Shown one piece after another: positions 1 through 8,140 of a stretch of DNA of 14,566 bases (position 1 is its first letter; the number at the start of each line of letters is the position of its first letter). This DNA comes from Gemmatimonadales bacterium (lineage in GTDB: Bacteria > Gemmatimonadota > Gemmatimonadetes > Gemmatimonadales > GWC2-71-9): the NCBI GenBank assembly GCA_041615815.1, contig JBFJCP010000053.1, positions 1 through 14,566 on the forward strand, read 5' to 3'. The translations under genes and the position numbers were made by a program. Below the pieces are notes generated by a model. It had not been told where the DNA came from. It saw nothing but the letters and a program-made list of their open reading frames with translations, and ran no database searches.

Positions 1-523
1 CCACTGCGATCTCGGCCAGCTGCCGGGGATCGGGATCGGGGACCACGGCGCCGTCGGTGAACGTGAGGACCAGTTCCTCGGGGAGCTGGGCGCTGGGCGG
101 GAGCGGGGATGGGTGGAGCGCCATATAAAAGGCGCTGCTGACGGTTTCAATCCCCTCTGCCGGGCCGATGGCCCAAAGGGCCGCGCGGAGTACGGTGGCG
201 GTGGGACAGGTGGCCCCGGCCACGGCGGCGTCGGCCTCGCCGAGCGCGACGAGTCCGGCGGCAAACCGAATGGGGTCCGCGGCAAGCTCCCGGGCGTGGG
301 CGCGGTCCCGCACCCGATCGGGACGTCGGGCGGCCAAGAGCTCTGCAATACGTTCGAGTTGAGGATCACCGTTGGTGTGTCGCGGCAAGGTGCGGACCAC
401 GGCCACCTCGTCCCGCTCCAACCACCGCGCCGCCTCGGTCACGCGCGGATCCCACCCCTCCGCCAGCACCACCCGGGCGCCCAGCGTCGCCGCCCTGCGG
501 CGGATCAGCGACCGAAAACTCAC
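1..523 (-). CDS. pta: Phosphate acetyltransferase (phosphotransacetylase), N-terminal 174 codons; continues beyond the window
   Basis: Not in the ORF track. Manual translation from GTG at 523 (GTGA overlap with the coaD stop) is open to the window edge: MSFRSLIRRRAATLGARVVLAEGWDPRVTEAA...ALGEADAAVAGATCPTATVLRAALWAIGPAEGIETVSSAFYM...VLTFTDGAVVPDPDPRQLAEIAV. This matches PTA_PTB family motifs (IVLPEGxDxRV, GAxxTTxxxLRxAL, VSSxFxM, FxDxAVxPxPxxxQLAEIA). Confidence 0.88.
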   Translation of the reverse strand, partial: MSFRSLIRRRAATLGARVVLAEGWDPRVTEAARWLERDEVAVVRTLPRHTNGDPQLERIAELLAARRPDRVRDRAHARELAADPIRFAAGLVALGEADAAVAGATCPTATVLRAALWAIGPAEGIETVSSAFYMALHPSPLPPSAQLPEELVLTFTDGAVVPDPDPRQLAEIAV

Positions 524-1002
524 TGACGAAATTTCTCTTTGAGCGCCGCCGCAACGGTGGGATGGACGAAGGCACTCACGTCTCCGCCGAGCTGCGCCAC
601 CTCGCGTACCAGACTCGAGCTGAGATAGGTGAGGTGTATTGCGGGGACCAGGAAAACGGTTTCCAGTTCGGGGTAGAGCTTCCGGTTCATGAGTGCCATC
701 TGCGACTCGTAGTCGAAGTCGCTGACGGCCCGGAGTCCGCGGATGATGACCCGAGCCTCGTTGGCCCGCGCGAAATTGGCAAGGAGGCCGTCGAACGAGC
801 GCACGGACACGCCCTCGACATCCGCCAGCACCGTCGAGAGAAGCTCGAGGCGTTCATCGAGGGAGAAGAGCGGCCGTTTCCCGGGATTCACAGCCACCGC
901 GACGATCACGCGATCGGCGAGGCCCAGGCTGCGCCGGATGATGTCCTCGTGTCCCTGGGTCACGGGATCGAACGAACCGGGGTACACAGCGATACGGGTC
1001 AT
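520..1002 (-). CDS. coaD: Pantetheine-phosphate adenylyltransferase
   Basis: 160 aa; IAVYPGSFDPVTQGH (T/HxGH), IIRGLRAVSDFDYE and LSSSLVREVA motifs; ATGA overlap with the rsmD stop; rsmD-coaD pairing is widespread. Confidence 0.97.
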   Translation of the reverse strand: MTRIAVYPGSFDPVTQGHEDIIRRSLGLADRVIVAVAVNPGKRPLFSLDERLELLSTVLADVEGVSVRSFDGLLANFARANEARVIIRGLRAVSDFDYESQMALMNRKLYPELETVFLVPAIHLTYLSSSLVREVAQLGGDVSAFVHPTVAAALKEKFRQ

Positions 1003-1517
1003 GGCGCGTGGCAGAAGGTCAAGGCGATGTCTCCGTAGCGGCGGGTGTCATCGCCCTCGATGGGGGTGGCAGCCCGATGCTCCACCACCAGGATGCGGGC
1101 AAAGGGGCGTTCGCGAAAGTGCTGCACCAGCCTGGCGGCAAAATCGGTCGAATAGGGCGGGTCTGCGAGCACCACGTCGAAGACCGCGGCGTCGCCCAGC
1201 CGGCGCACGAAGCGCCAGACGTCACCGCGGTGGACCGTGCACCGATCCTCCACGCCGAGTGTCGCGATATTGGCACGAAGGGCTGCCAAAGACCGCGGCG
1301 CCGACTCCACAAAGGTGACGCGACGGGCACCGCGCGAGAGAGCCTCGAGTCCCAGCGCGCCCGATCCTGCGAACAGGTCGAGGACGGTGGCTCCCCGCAG
1401 CTCCGGACCCAAGATGCTGAACCAGGCCTCCCGCACACGATCCGCTGTGGGCCGGATTCGCCGCCCTGCCGGCGGCTTGAGGCGCCGGCCTCCAAACTCG
1501 CCCGCGATGATTCGCAT
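999..1517 (-). CDS. rsmD: 16S rRNA (guanine(966)-N2)-methyltransferase
   Basis: 172 aa; MRIIAGEFGGRRL, RPTADRVREA, VLDLFAGSGALGLEALSRGA (SAM binding), DPPY catalytic motif, C-terminal RRYG. Confidence 0.95.
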   Translation of the reverse strand: MRIIAGEFGGRRLKPPAGRRIRPTADRVREAWFSILGPELRGATVLDLFAGSGALGLEALSRGARRVTFVESAPRSLAALRANIATLGVEDRCTVHRGDVWRFVRRLGDAAVFDVVLADPPYSTDFAARLVQHFRERPFARILVVEHRAATPIEGDDTRRYGDIALTFCHAP

Positions 1518-3233
1518 TCAATTGGCGCGTCGGACGTCGACGATGCGTGCTTGGAGCTTGGAGAGTCCCATCCACTCATTGCGTTCCAGCCGCAGCGCGA
1601 CATCGACTCCATGGTGCCACCAGTCGTCGGCCACCCGATCGCCCCAATTGAATCCGATGGCCTCGATGCCTCCCGTCTCGTCCTCCAACTGGAACTTGAG
1701 GTGGTTGGTGCCAACCACCGTGGCTCCACGGGCGCCGCCACCTTTCACACCCAGCACCGGCCCGGGGTTGCCCGCGCCGCAAGGCTCGAGGTGGCGCAGC
1801 AACTTCTCCAGCCGGTCGTCGAGCTGGTTCACTGAGACGATGACGTCGACTCGTTGTACCGGGACGAGGTCGTCCTCGGTGAGCTGCGAGCGCGCCACCT
1901 CGCCAAACGCCTCGCGAAACGCGTCCAACTGGCCGCGCTCGACGGTGAGACCGGCGGCCATGCGGTGTCCGCCGTATCGCGCCAAGTGCGGAGCGCAGAC
2001 CGTGAGCGCCCCATGGAGATCGAACTTCGGGATGCTCCGCCCCGAGCCCTTGCCCTCGGCGCCCTCGAGCGCCACGAGCACGGTGGGTCGCGCGAACCGT
2101 TCGACCAACCGGGATGCGACGATCCCAATCACGCCGGGGTGCCAGCCCTCCCCCGCCAGCACCAACGCATGCTCGCGGTCGAGATCCACGAGCTGCTCGA
2201 TCGTCTCCATCGCCTGGTCGAGGATCTCCTGATCCATCGCCTGGCGCCGGGTATTGAGGTCATCGAGGGCCTGGGCCAGTGGCTCGGCCTCCGCCGCGTC
2301 ATCCGTCAGCAACAGTCGAAGCCCATCCATGGCCTCGCCGATCCGTCCGGCGGCATTGAGGCGAGGGGCGAGGATGAACCCCACCTGGCCCGCGCGAATG
2401 GACGGGCCGGAGAGACCCGACACCGCCAGGAGCGCGCGCAGCCCTGGCCAACGCGTCTTGGGGAGCAGCCGCAGGCCGAACCGCACCAACGTGCGGTTTT
2501 CGCCGGTCAGCGGCACCACATCGGCCACGGTCGCGAGCGCCACGAGATCGAGCAGGTGATAGGCCAAATTGACGGGAAGCCCCAGCTCGGCCACCAGTGC
2601 CTGTGCGAGCTTGAACGCGACTCCCGTCCCGCACAGCTGGGTGGCGGAGGACGAGCAGTCCGGCCGTTGCGGATTCAGCACGGCATCCGCGGGCGGCAGC
2701 GGTCCCGACGGCAGATGGTGGTCGGTGATGATGACCCGGATCCCGGCGGCGCGTGCACGCTCAACGGTCGTGCGCGCGCTCGTGCCGCAGTCGCAAGTGA
2801 TGATGAGCCCGACGCCGTGCTCCGCGGCCGCCGCCAGTCCCGCGGGCCCAAAATCGTATCCGTCGCGCACCCGATGCGGGATAAACGGGAGGACATCAGC
2901 TCCCCCTTCCCGGAGCACTCGCGTCAACAGGGCGGTGGCACATTGTCCGTCGACGTCGTAGTCGCCGTGGACCATGATCCGACGACGCTCCCGGACGGCC
3001 TCCGCAACCAGCGCCACCGCGGTGTGCATGTCCGCCATGGCAAAGGGGTCAGAGAGGGTGTCGAGGGAGGGGCGGAGGAATTGTCTGGCGGCGTCTTCCG
3101 AGCCGAAGCCGCGTTGGAGCAGTAGAGCCGCCAACGCTTCGGGGATGCGAAGCCCCTGCGCCAGACGCAGGGTATGGCCGGGGTCGGCAGGCGGAGCCAC
3201 CACCCAACGGACCCGCGGTTGCACCACGGTCAT
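1518..3233 (-). CDS. recJ: Single-stranded-DNA-specific exonuclease RecJ
   Basis: DHH family motifs GDYDVDG, ITCDCG, TDHH, ATVADVVPL, PRLNAAGR, GSGRS, GGHRMAAG plus C-terminal OB-type region. Start moved from 3263 to ATG 3233 because it forms an ATGA overlap with the upstream stop (571 aa). Confidence 0.95.
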   Translation of the reverse strand: MTVVQPRVRWVVAPPADPGHTLRLAQGLRIPEALAALLLQRGFGSEDAARQFLRPSLDTLSDPFAMADMHTAVALVAEAVRERRRIMVHGDYDVDGQCATALLTRVLREGGADVLPFIPHRVRDGYDFGPAGLAAAAEHGVGLIITCDCGTSARTTVERARAAGIRVIITDHHLPSGPLPPADAVLNPQRPDCSSSATQLCGTGVAFKLAQALVAELGLPVNLAYHLLDLVALATVADVVPLTGENRTLVRFGLRLLPKTRWPGLRALLAVSGLSGPSIRAGQVGFILAPRLNAAGRIGEAMDGLRLLLTDDAAEAEPLAQALDDLNTRRQAMDQEILDQAMETIEQLVDLDREHALVLAGEGWHPGVIGIVASRLVERFARPTVLVALEGAEGKGSGRSIPKFDLHGALTVCAPHLARYGGHRMAAGLTVERGQLDAFREAFGEVARSQLTEDDLVPVQRVDVIVSVNQLDDRLEKLLRHLEPCGAGNPGPVLGVKGGGARGATVVGTNHLKFQLEDETGGIEAIGFNWGDRVADDWWHHGVDVALRLERNEWMGLSKLQARIVDVRRAN

Positions 3234-3937
3234 TCGCCGGGGTCGTACACCAGCACACCGCACCCTTCACAGGCCTCTACGGTCTGTCCGTTGAGGATCT
3301 TGTGACGCCGGTGCAAGGGGACGGCCGTATAGCAATAGCCGCAGGCCCCATTTTGGAGCGCATACAAGACGAACGGCGCACGACCCTGGCGGATCCGTTC
3401 GTAGAGCTCGAGCGTGTCGCCGTTCACCTTGGCGGCTGCCTGCTCCCGTTCCTTTTGAGCCTCGAGTAGGCGGTCCTCGCACTCCGCTCGCTTGGCCGCC
3501 AACTCCTCCCGTTTTGGTGCTTGCGCAACCTTCAGTTCTTCGAGCGCTGCCTCGGACTCGGCAGTGAGACGCTCGGCCTCTTGGACCCTGTCCGCGGATC
3601 GGATCCACTCCGCCTCTTCCTTGGCGAGGACGCTCCGCGCCAGGTCCAGCTCCGCCATCAGGGCGGAGGCCTCTTTGGCTCCTCGCACCCATTCCAGCCG
3701 CTGACGTCGGCGTTCCTGCATCACCCGGTAGCCCTCGATCTTGCTCTCGAGCTCGCCGCGCCGGTTGTCCGCATCCTGCATCCGCGTGCGAGCAGCCGCC
3801 AGCTGCACCTCGACCTGCTCGACCTCGGCGTCCAGTTCCCGCACGACGGGCTCGACCGAGCGCATTTCGTCCATGATCTCCATGACGGTCTTGTCTTTTT
3901 CCTGCAGTGCCAACAACGCTTCTAAATCAGCGTGCAC
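3230..3937 (-). CDS. Coiled-coil protein with C-terminal C4-type zinc ribbon (DUF164 / CT398-HP0958-like)
   Basis: 235 aa; LLALQEKD start, long E/A/R-rich coiled coil, LYERIR, CGYC...EACEGCGVLVY; GGGAGGA SD before the GTG; overlaps the dnaG 3' end by 11 nt. Confidence 0.85.
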   Translation of the reverse strand: MHADLEALLALQEKDKTVMEIMDEMRSVEPVVRELDAEVEQVEVQLAAARTRMQDADNRRGELESKIEGYRVMQERRRQRLEWVRGAKEASALMAELDLARSVLAKEEAEWIRSADRVQEAERLTAESEAALEELKVAQAPKREELAAKRAECEDRLLEAQKEREQAAAKVNGDTLELYERIRQGRAPFVLYALQNGACGYCYTAVPLHRRHKILNGQTVEACEGCGVLVYDPGE

Positions 3938-5705
3938 GACTCCTCCCGGCGTGTATCACTTTCCAGCGACTCGGGTTCAATTGTTGTATCTGGCGGCTCA
4001 ACGTCTCTTTCTCACGCGCCAGGGTGATCTTCTCGTCCTCGGAGGCGACGGGAATGCGGCGATCGATGCGCGCCACGCGGGCCTCGAGCCGGCTGCTCTC
4101 CAGCCGGTTGAGCGCACCTTCCACGACGGCGTCGACATTGGGAACCTCCCAATGCTCGTTCAACATCTCGGCCAAGAGCCGGCGGCTCTCTCCTTCCAGC
4201 TGCGTGACGAACTCCGCCGCCGCCACTGCCGGATCGGTCCGTGCCAGCAGCGCCAGCAGCTCCCCGACCCCCGTTTTGCGCGGCATGTCTTCGGGAAGAT
4301 GCTCCGCAATCCGGCGCCGCCACTCGGGCTGATGCACCATGACGCGCAGTAACTGCAGCTCGGGACTCGTCGTCCGTCGTTGGGGGGCGGGGGGTGGGTC
4401 CGTCCCGACGGGGGGGGCCACCACACGAGGGCGCTGCTGCTCGAGCTCCCGCAGCACGGATTCCGGCGCCACACCCAGCGCTTCCGCCGTGCGGTGGACG
4501 TAGAGGTCGTGCATGACGGGATCTGACGCGGCGCGCAGCGTGGGAAGCAGCCGGTCCAGCGCGCGTCGCCGACCGTCCAGCGTGCCCATCCATCCATGGC
4601 GTTCGAGCAGCTGCAGCTTGCGCTCCAACACATCCATGGCATCGTCGAGGAGCGCCTGTACGGCCTTCGCTCCCCCGGTGGCCGCCACCGTATCGGGGTC
4701 GTCGCCGGAGGGAAGCGTGGCAACGGTGACCCGGAGAGCGCTGCGGAGCATCTCGTCCGCCGCTCGAAAGGTGGCTCGCAGTCCGGCTGGATCGCTGTCG
4801 TAGAGGACGATGACATTGGCGGTGTGGCGTTTGATCAGCCGCGCCTGATCCACGGTAAGCGACGTGCCGAGGGGTGCCACCACCTCCTCGACCCCCACGT
4901 CGGCCAACCGTAGGACGTCGAAATACCCCTCCACGAGCACGGCCCGATCCGTCTTACGGATGGCATGCCGCGCCTGATGCAGGTTGTAGAGCAACCGGCC
5001 CTTGTGGAAGATCGGGCTGTCCGGCGAGTTCAGATACTTCGGCTCGCCGTCGCCGAGGAGCCGACCGCCAAAGGCCACCACGCGGCCGCGCAGATCGTGG
5101 ATCGGGAAGAGCACCCGCTTCCAGAATCGCGGCCGGAGCGATCCATCCTCGCGCTCCACGGCCAGCCCGGCTTCGCGCAGCACCTCCGGGGTGACGCCAA
5201 GCCGCTTCATGGCTTCCAGAAACGCTTTGCCCCCAGGTGCCCAGCCCAGGCGGAGCAGCGCGGCCTGTTCAACATCGAATCCGCGGCGGGCCAGGTAGCG
5301 ACGGGCCTCGCTCGCATCGTCCGACTCCTGAAGCCGCCGCGCGTACCAGTCAGCCGCCACCTCGGCCGCGCTGAACAACGGCTCACGCGGATCCGGCCCC
5401 GCCGAGGAGCGTTCCGGAATCACGATCCCGCACTTCTGCGCCACGTCGCGGACGGCGGCCGGGTAATCCAGTCCGAACTTCTTCATGAAAAACGTGAAGA
5501 CGTCACCGCCCTCGTGGCAGACGAAGCAGTAGTACATCTGCTTCTTCGGAATCACGGCGAAGTTGCGGTGGGTACCGCCGTGAAACGGGCACGGCCCTCG
5601 ATAGTCCGCGCCCGTGCGCTTGAGACTCACGTGCTCGCCGATCAGTGCAATCATGTCCGCGGCATCGCGCACCTGCTCGATGACGTCGTCGGGGATGACG
5701 CTCAC
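3927..5705 (-). CDS. dnaG: DNA primase
   Basis: CHC2 zinc finger CPFH...YYCFVC, RVLFPI, FGGR, PKYLNSP, TOPRIM VEGYFDV, YDSDPAG, DPD. Start moved from 6047 to GTG 5705 (GTGA overlap with the mutS2 stop; MSVIPDDVIEQVRDAAD is a typical DnaG N-terminus); 592 aa. Confidence 0.96.
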   Translation of the reverse strand: MSVIPDDVIEQVRDAADMIALIGEHVSLKRTGADYRGPCPFHGGTHRNFAVIPKKQMYYCFVCHEGGDVFTFFMKKFGLDYPAAVRDVAQKCGIVIPERSSAGPDPREPLFSAAEVAADWYARRLQESDDASEARRYLARRGFDVEQAALLRLGWAPGGKAFLEAMKRLGVTPEVLREAGLAVEREDGSLRPRFWKRVLFPIHDLRGRVVAFGGRLLGDGEPKYLNSPDSPIFHKGRLLYNLHQARHAIRKTDRAVLVEGYFDVLRLADVGVEEVVAPLGTSLTVDQARLIKRHTANVIVLYDSDPAGLRATFRAADEMLRSALRVTVATLPSGDDPDTVAATGGAKAVQALLDDAMDVLERKLQLLERHGWMGTLDGRRRALDRLLPTLRAASDPVMHDLYVHRTAEALGVAPESVLRELEQQRPRVVAPPVGTDPPPAPQRRTTSPELQLLRVMVHQPEWRRRIAEHLPEDMPRKTGVGELLALLARTDPAVAAAEFVTQLEGESRRLLAEMLNEHWEVPNVDAVVEGALNRLESSRLEARVARIDRRIPVASEDEKITLAREKETLSRQIQQLNPSRWKVIHAGRSRAR

Positions 5706-7996
5706 GAGCCGAACTCGGCGATCGTGACTCCCGACCCGCCTTCCAGCGGCGGTGCCAGCCGATACGCGCTGACGCGGCGATCGCGCTTGAGGATCTGCAC
5801 CACCGTAGCGCGCAAGACCCCCGTCCCCTTCCCGTGAATGATCCGGAGCATGGGAAGGTCCGCCATGACCGCGCCGTCGATGGCACTCACCACGGCCGCC
5901 TCGGCCTCCGCCGCCGTGAGCCCGCGAAGGTCGATCTCGGTTGCCGTCGCTTCCATCGGTACCGACATGCCGACCTTGGGCGTGGGGGCCGCGGGTTGTG
6001 ACGGGAGCTTGCGCGCACCCTTCTCCCGCTGACCCGTCAGCCTCCACCCACGGCCCGCGAGCCTCGCGAGCGCATCGGCTTCCGCGCGGACACCATCCTC
6101 CACCAGGCGCCTCGCCTCTTTCGCTGTGGCCTCACTAACCGCCGCGCGAGCCACTCCCAAGGCTTCCTCCACCCGCTTGCGGGCCTCGAGCAAGAACCGT
6201 CGCGCCTGCTCGCGTCCTTCGCGCTCCAGCGCGACCTCACGCCGCTCGATCTCCTCCACACGGCGCGTGAGCTCTCCCTGCGCTCGCTCCATCACCCGCT
6301 GCGCCTTCTCGAGCCGCGCCTCCGCCGCGGCGAGAGTCGCCTCCCGCGCCTCGAGCGCCTGCGATGCGGCTTCCACGTCCGCCAGGGCCGCTTCGAGGCG
6401 CCGGACGCTCTCCGGGACGAGTCGTTCCGCGAGCTCGAGCACCTCGGTGGGAAACCCGAGACGACGCGCAATTGCCAGTCCGTACGAGCGCCCTGGCTTT
6501 CCCTGTTGGAATCGGTATGTCGGTGAGAGCTGCTCGGAGTCGAATTGCAGTGACGCGTTGACGAAGCCCTGCTCTCGAGCGGCGAGATCTTTGAGCTGAC
6601 TGAGATGTGTGGTGGCGACGGTGGTGGTCCCCCGTCGCGTGAGGGCGGTGAGGACCGCACTGGCGAGAGCGGCACCCTCGAACGGATCGGTGCCGGCGCC
6701 CACCTCGTCGATCAAGACGAGCGACGCGTCATCGGTCTCCTGCAGGATGCCACGCAGTGTGGTGATGCGGGCACTGAAGGTACTCAGACTCTCGGCGATC
6801 GACTGATGATCGCCAATATCGACAAAGATCCGGCCGAAGATGGGCAGCTGGCTCTTTGGCCCAACTGGCGGGACCACACCGGACTGCACGAGCGCGCCCG
6901 AGAGCGCGATGGCTTTCAGCAAAACCGTCTTTCCACCAGCATTGGGACCACTGACGAGCAGCGTGCGGTCCTGCACCGCCAAGTCGAGGTCGAAGGGGAC
7001 CGGGTGCGGCGACTCTTCGAGCACGAGGGGATGAAAGCCACGCCGAATGCGCAGCGTGCCCGGAGCTGGCTCGACGGCCGGTACGTGCCCGTCCACATCG
7101 ACCATATAGCGCGCGCGGGCGTAGAGATCGTCGACCCGAATGCACATGCGCCAGCCGGCCTCAATGAGGTCCGTCACTGCTCGAGCCCGCTCGGTGAGCG
7201 CCCGCAGCAGCGCGAGGACCGCTCTCGCTTCGTCCGCCTCCGCGGCTCGAAGGTCATTCCCCAGCGAGACGACCCGCACGGGTTCGACGAACAGCGTGGC
7301 ACCCGAACTCGACTCGTCGTGAACGATGCCCTCGATCCGGCTTCGAGCATCGCGGCGCACGGGGATGACGTAGCGCCCTCCACGCACGGTGACGTCCGCA
7401 TCATCCGCAGCAACTCCCGCGTCCGCCATCTGGCGGGCGAGGCCGCGTAACTCCGCCACGAGCCGGTCCCGCACATCCCGCACGCGCCGTCGCGCCTTCC
7501 GAATCTCCGGTGACGCGTCTTCTTTCACGCTCCCCTCAGGCTCGAGTGCCTGGTTCAGTGCCTGCTCGAGCCCGCGTGGAGGGATCTCAACCGCCAAGGC
7601 CGCCACGGCCGGTGCGTCCGGTTCCAGCTCCAGCAACGCCGCCCGTACCTTCCGCATGCCCTCGAGCGCGCGAGCCAGCTGCGTCAGCGCCGCCGCCTCC
7701 AACACGCCGCCGGGCACACCCAGGGCATCCAGGGTACCAGTGAGATCGGGCACGGGGATGGGACTGAACCCTCCCCCATCGCGTAGTGCGCCGGCCAGCT
7801 GCGCCACGCGCGTGAGTTCGGCTTCGATGAGGGGTACGGAGGTGATGGGGCGCCGGTGGCGCACCGCCTCGGCGCCGAGGTCCGAAACGGCGCGGCGAGC
7901 GACGACATCCAGCACCCGTTCGAATTCGAGCTCGGCCAGGGCCGCAGCGGTGGCCACGGCAGGAGAAACGGAAGGGGTGTTGGCGACCTCAGTCAC
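5702..7996 (-). CDS. mutS2: MutS2 family ATPase with C-terminal Smr domain
   Basis: LEFERVL N-terminus, RYVIPV, GIVHDESSSGATLFVEP, Walker A SGPNAGGKT, DIGDHQSIAESLSTFS, Walker B LIDEVGAGTDP, TTH, Smr IDLRG...IIHGKGTG...GGSGVT. Start is GTG 8002 or GTG 7996; 7996 is preferred because AAGGGG lies 5 nt upstream. Confidence 0.94.
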   Translation of the reverse strand: MTEVANTPSVSPAVATAAALAELEFERVLDVVARRAVSDLGAEAVRHRRPITSVPLIEAELTRVAQLAGALRDGGGFSPIPVPDLTGTLDALGVPGGVLEAAALTQLARALEGMRKVRAALLELEPDAPAVAALAVEIPPRGLEQALNQALEPEGSVKEDASPEIRKARRRVRDVRDRLVAELRGLARQMADAGVAADDADVTVRGGRYVIPVRRDARSRIEGIVHDESSSGATLFVEPVRVVSLGNDLRAAEADEARAVLALLRALTERARAVTDLIEAGWRMCIRVDDLYARARYMVDVDGHVPAVEPAPGTLRIRRGFHPLVLEESPHPVPFDLDLAVQDRTLLVSGPNAGGKTVLLKAIALSGALVQSGVVPPVGPKSQLPIFGRIFVDIGDHQSIAESLSTFSARITTLRGILQETDDASLVLIDEVGAGTDPFEGAALASAVLTALTRRGTTTVATTHLSQLKDLAAREQGFVNASLQFDSEQLSPTYRFQQGKPGRSYGLAIARRLGFPTEVLELAERLVPESVRRLEAALADVEAASQALEAREATLAAAEARLEKAQRVMERAQGELTRRVEEIERREVALEREGREQARRFLLEARKRVEEALGVARAAVSEATAKEARRLVEDGVRAEADALARLAGRGWRLTGQREKGARKLPSQPAAPTPKVGMSVPMEATATEIDLRGLTAAEAEAAVVSAIDGAVMADLPMLRIIHGKGTGVLRATVVQILKRDRRVSAYRLAPPLEGGSGVTIAEFGS

Positions 7997-8140
7997 CGAC
8001 ACCCCTTCTCATCAAGCCGGAAAGCGCGCCTTGCCGGCCGCCGAACCCTCACGGGTCCCCACCCTACTCCTCCCCCTCCGCCACGACGGACCACCCGGGG
8101 AACGTGGAGGACGGCTCGACCGCGGCTCATCGACCCACGG

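Noticed and set aside
366..575. 69-aa minus-strand ORF after coaD
   Set aside because: Wrong frame; the frame starting at 523 carries clear Pta motifs.
5706..6047. 114-aa N-terminal extension of DnaG in the ORF track
   Set aside because: It overlaps the MutS2 Smr domain in another frame, is low complexity, and GTG 5705 gives a canonical DnaG start with a GTGA overlap.
7985..8016. UUGAUGA...CUGA resembling a hammerhead core or box C/D kink-turn near the mutS2 start
   Set aside because: No matching GAAA with closing stems for a hammerhead, and the flanks do not form the stem needed for a kink-turn.
8003..8140. Known ncRNA (SRP, 6S, tRNA) or yqeY remnant in the rpsU-mutS2 gap
   Set aside because: No SRP domain IV motif, tRNA cloverleaf or long 6S-type rod was visible, and translations do not resemble YqeY; an Rfam search would be needed to exclude known families fully.
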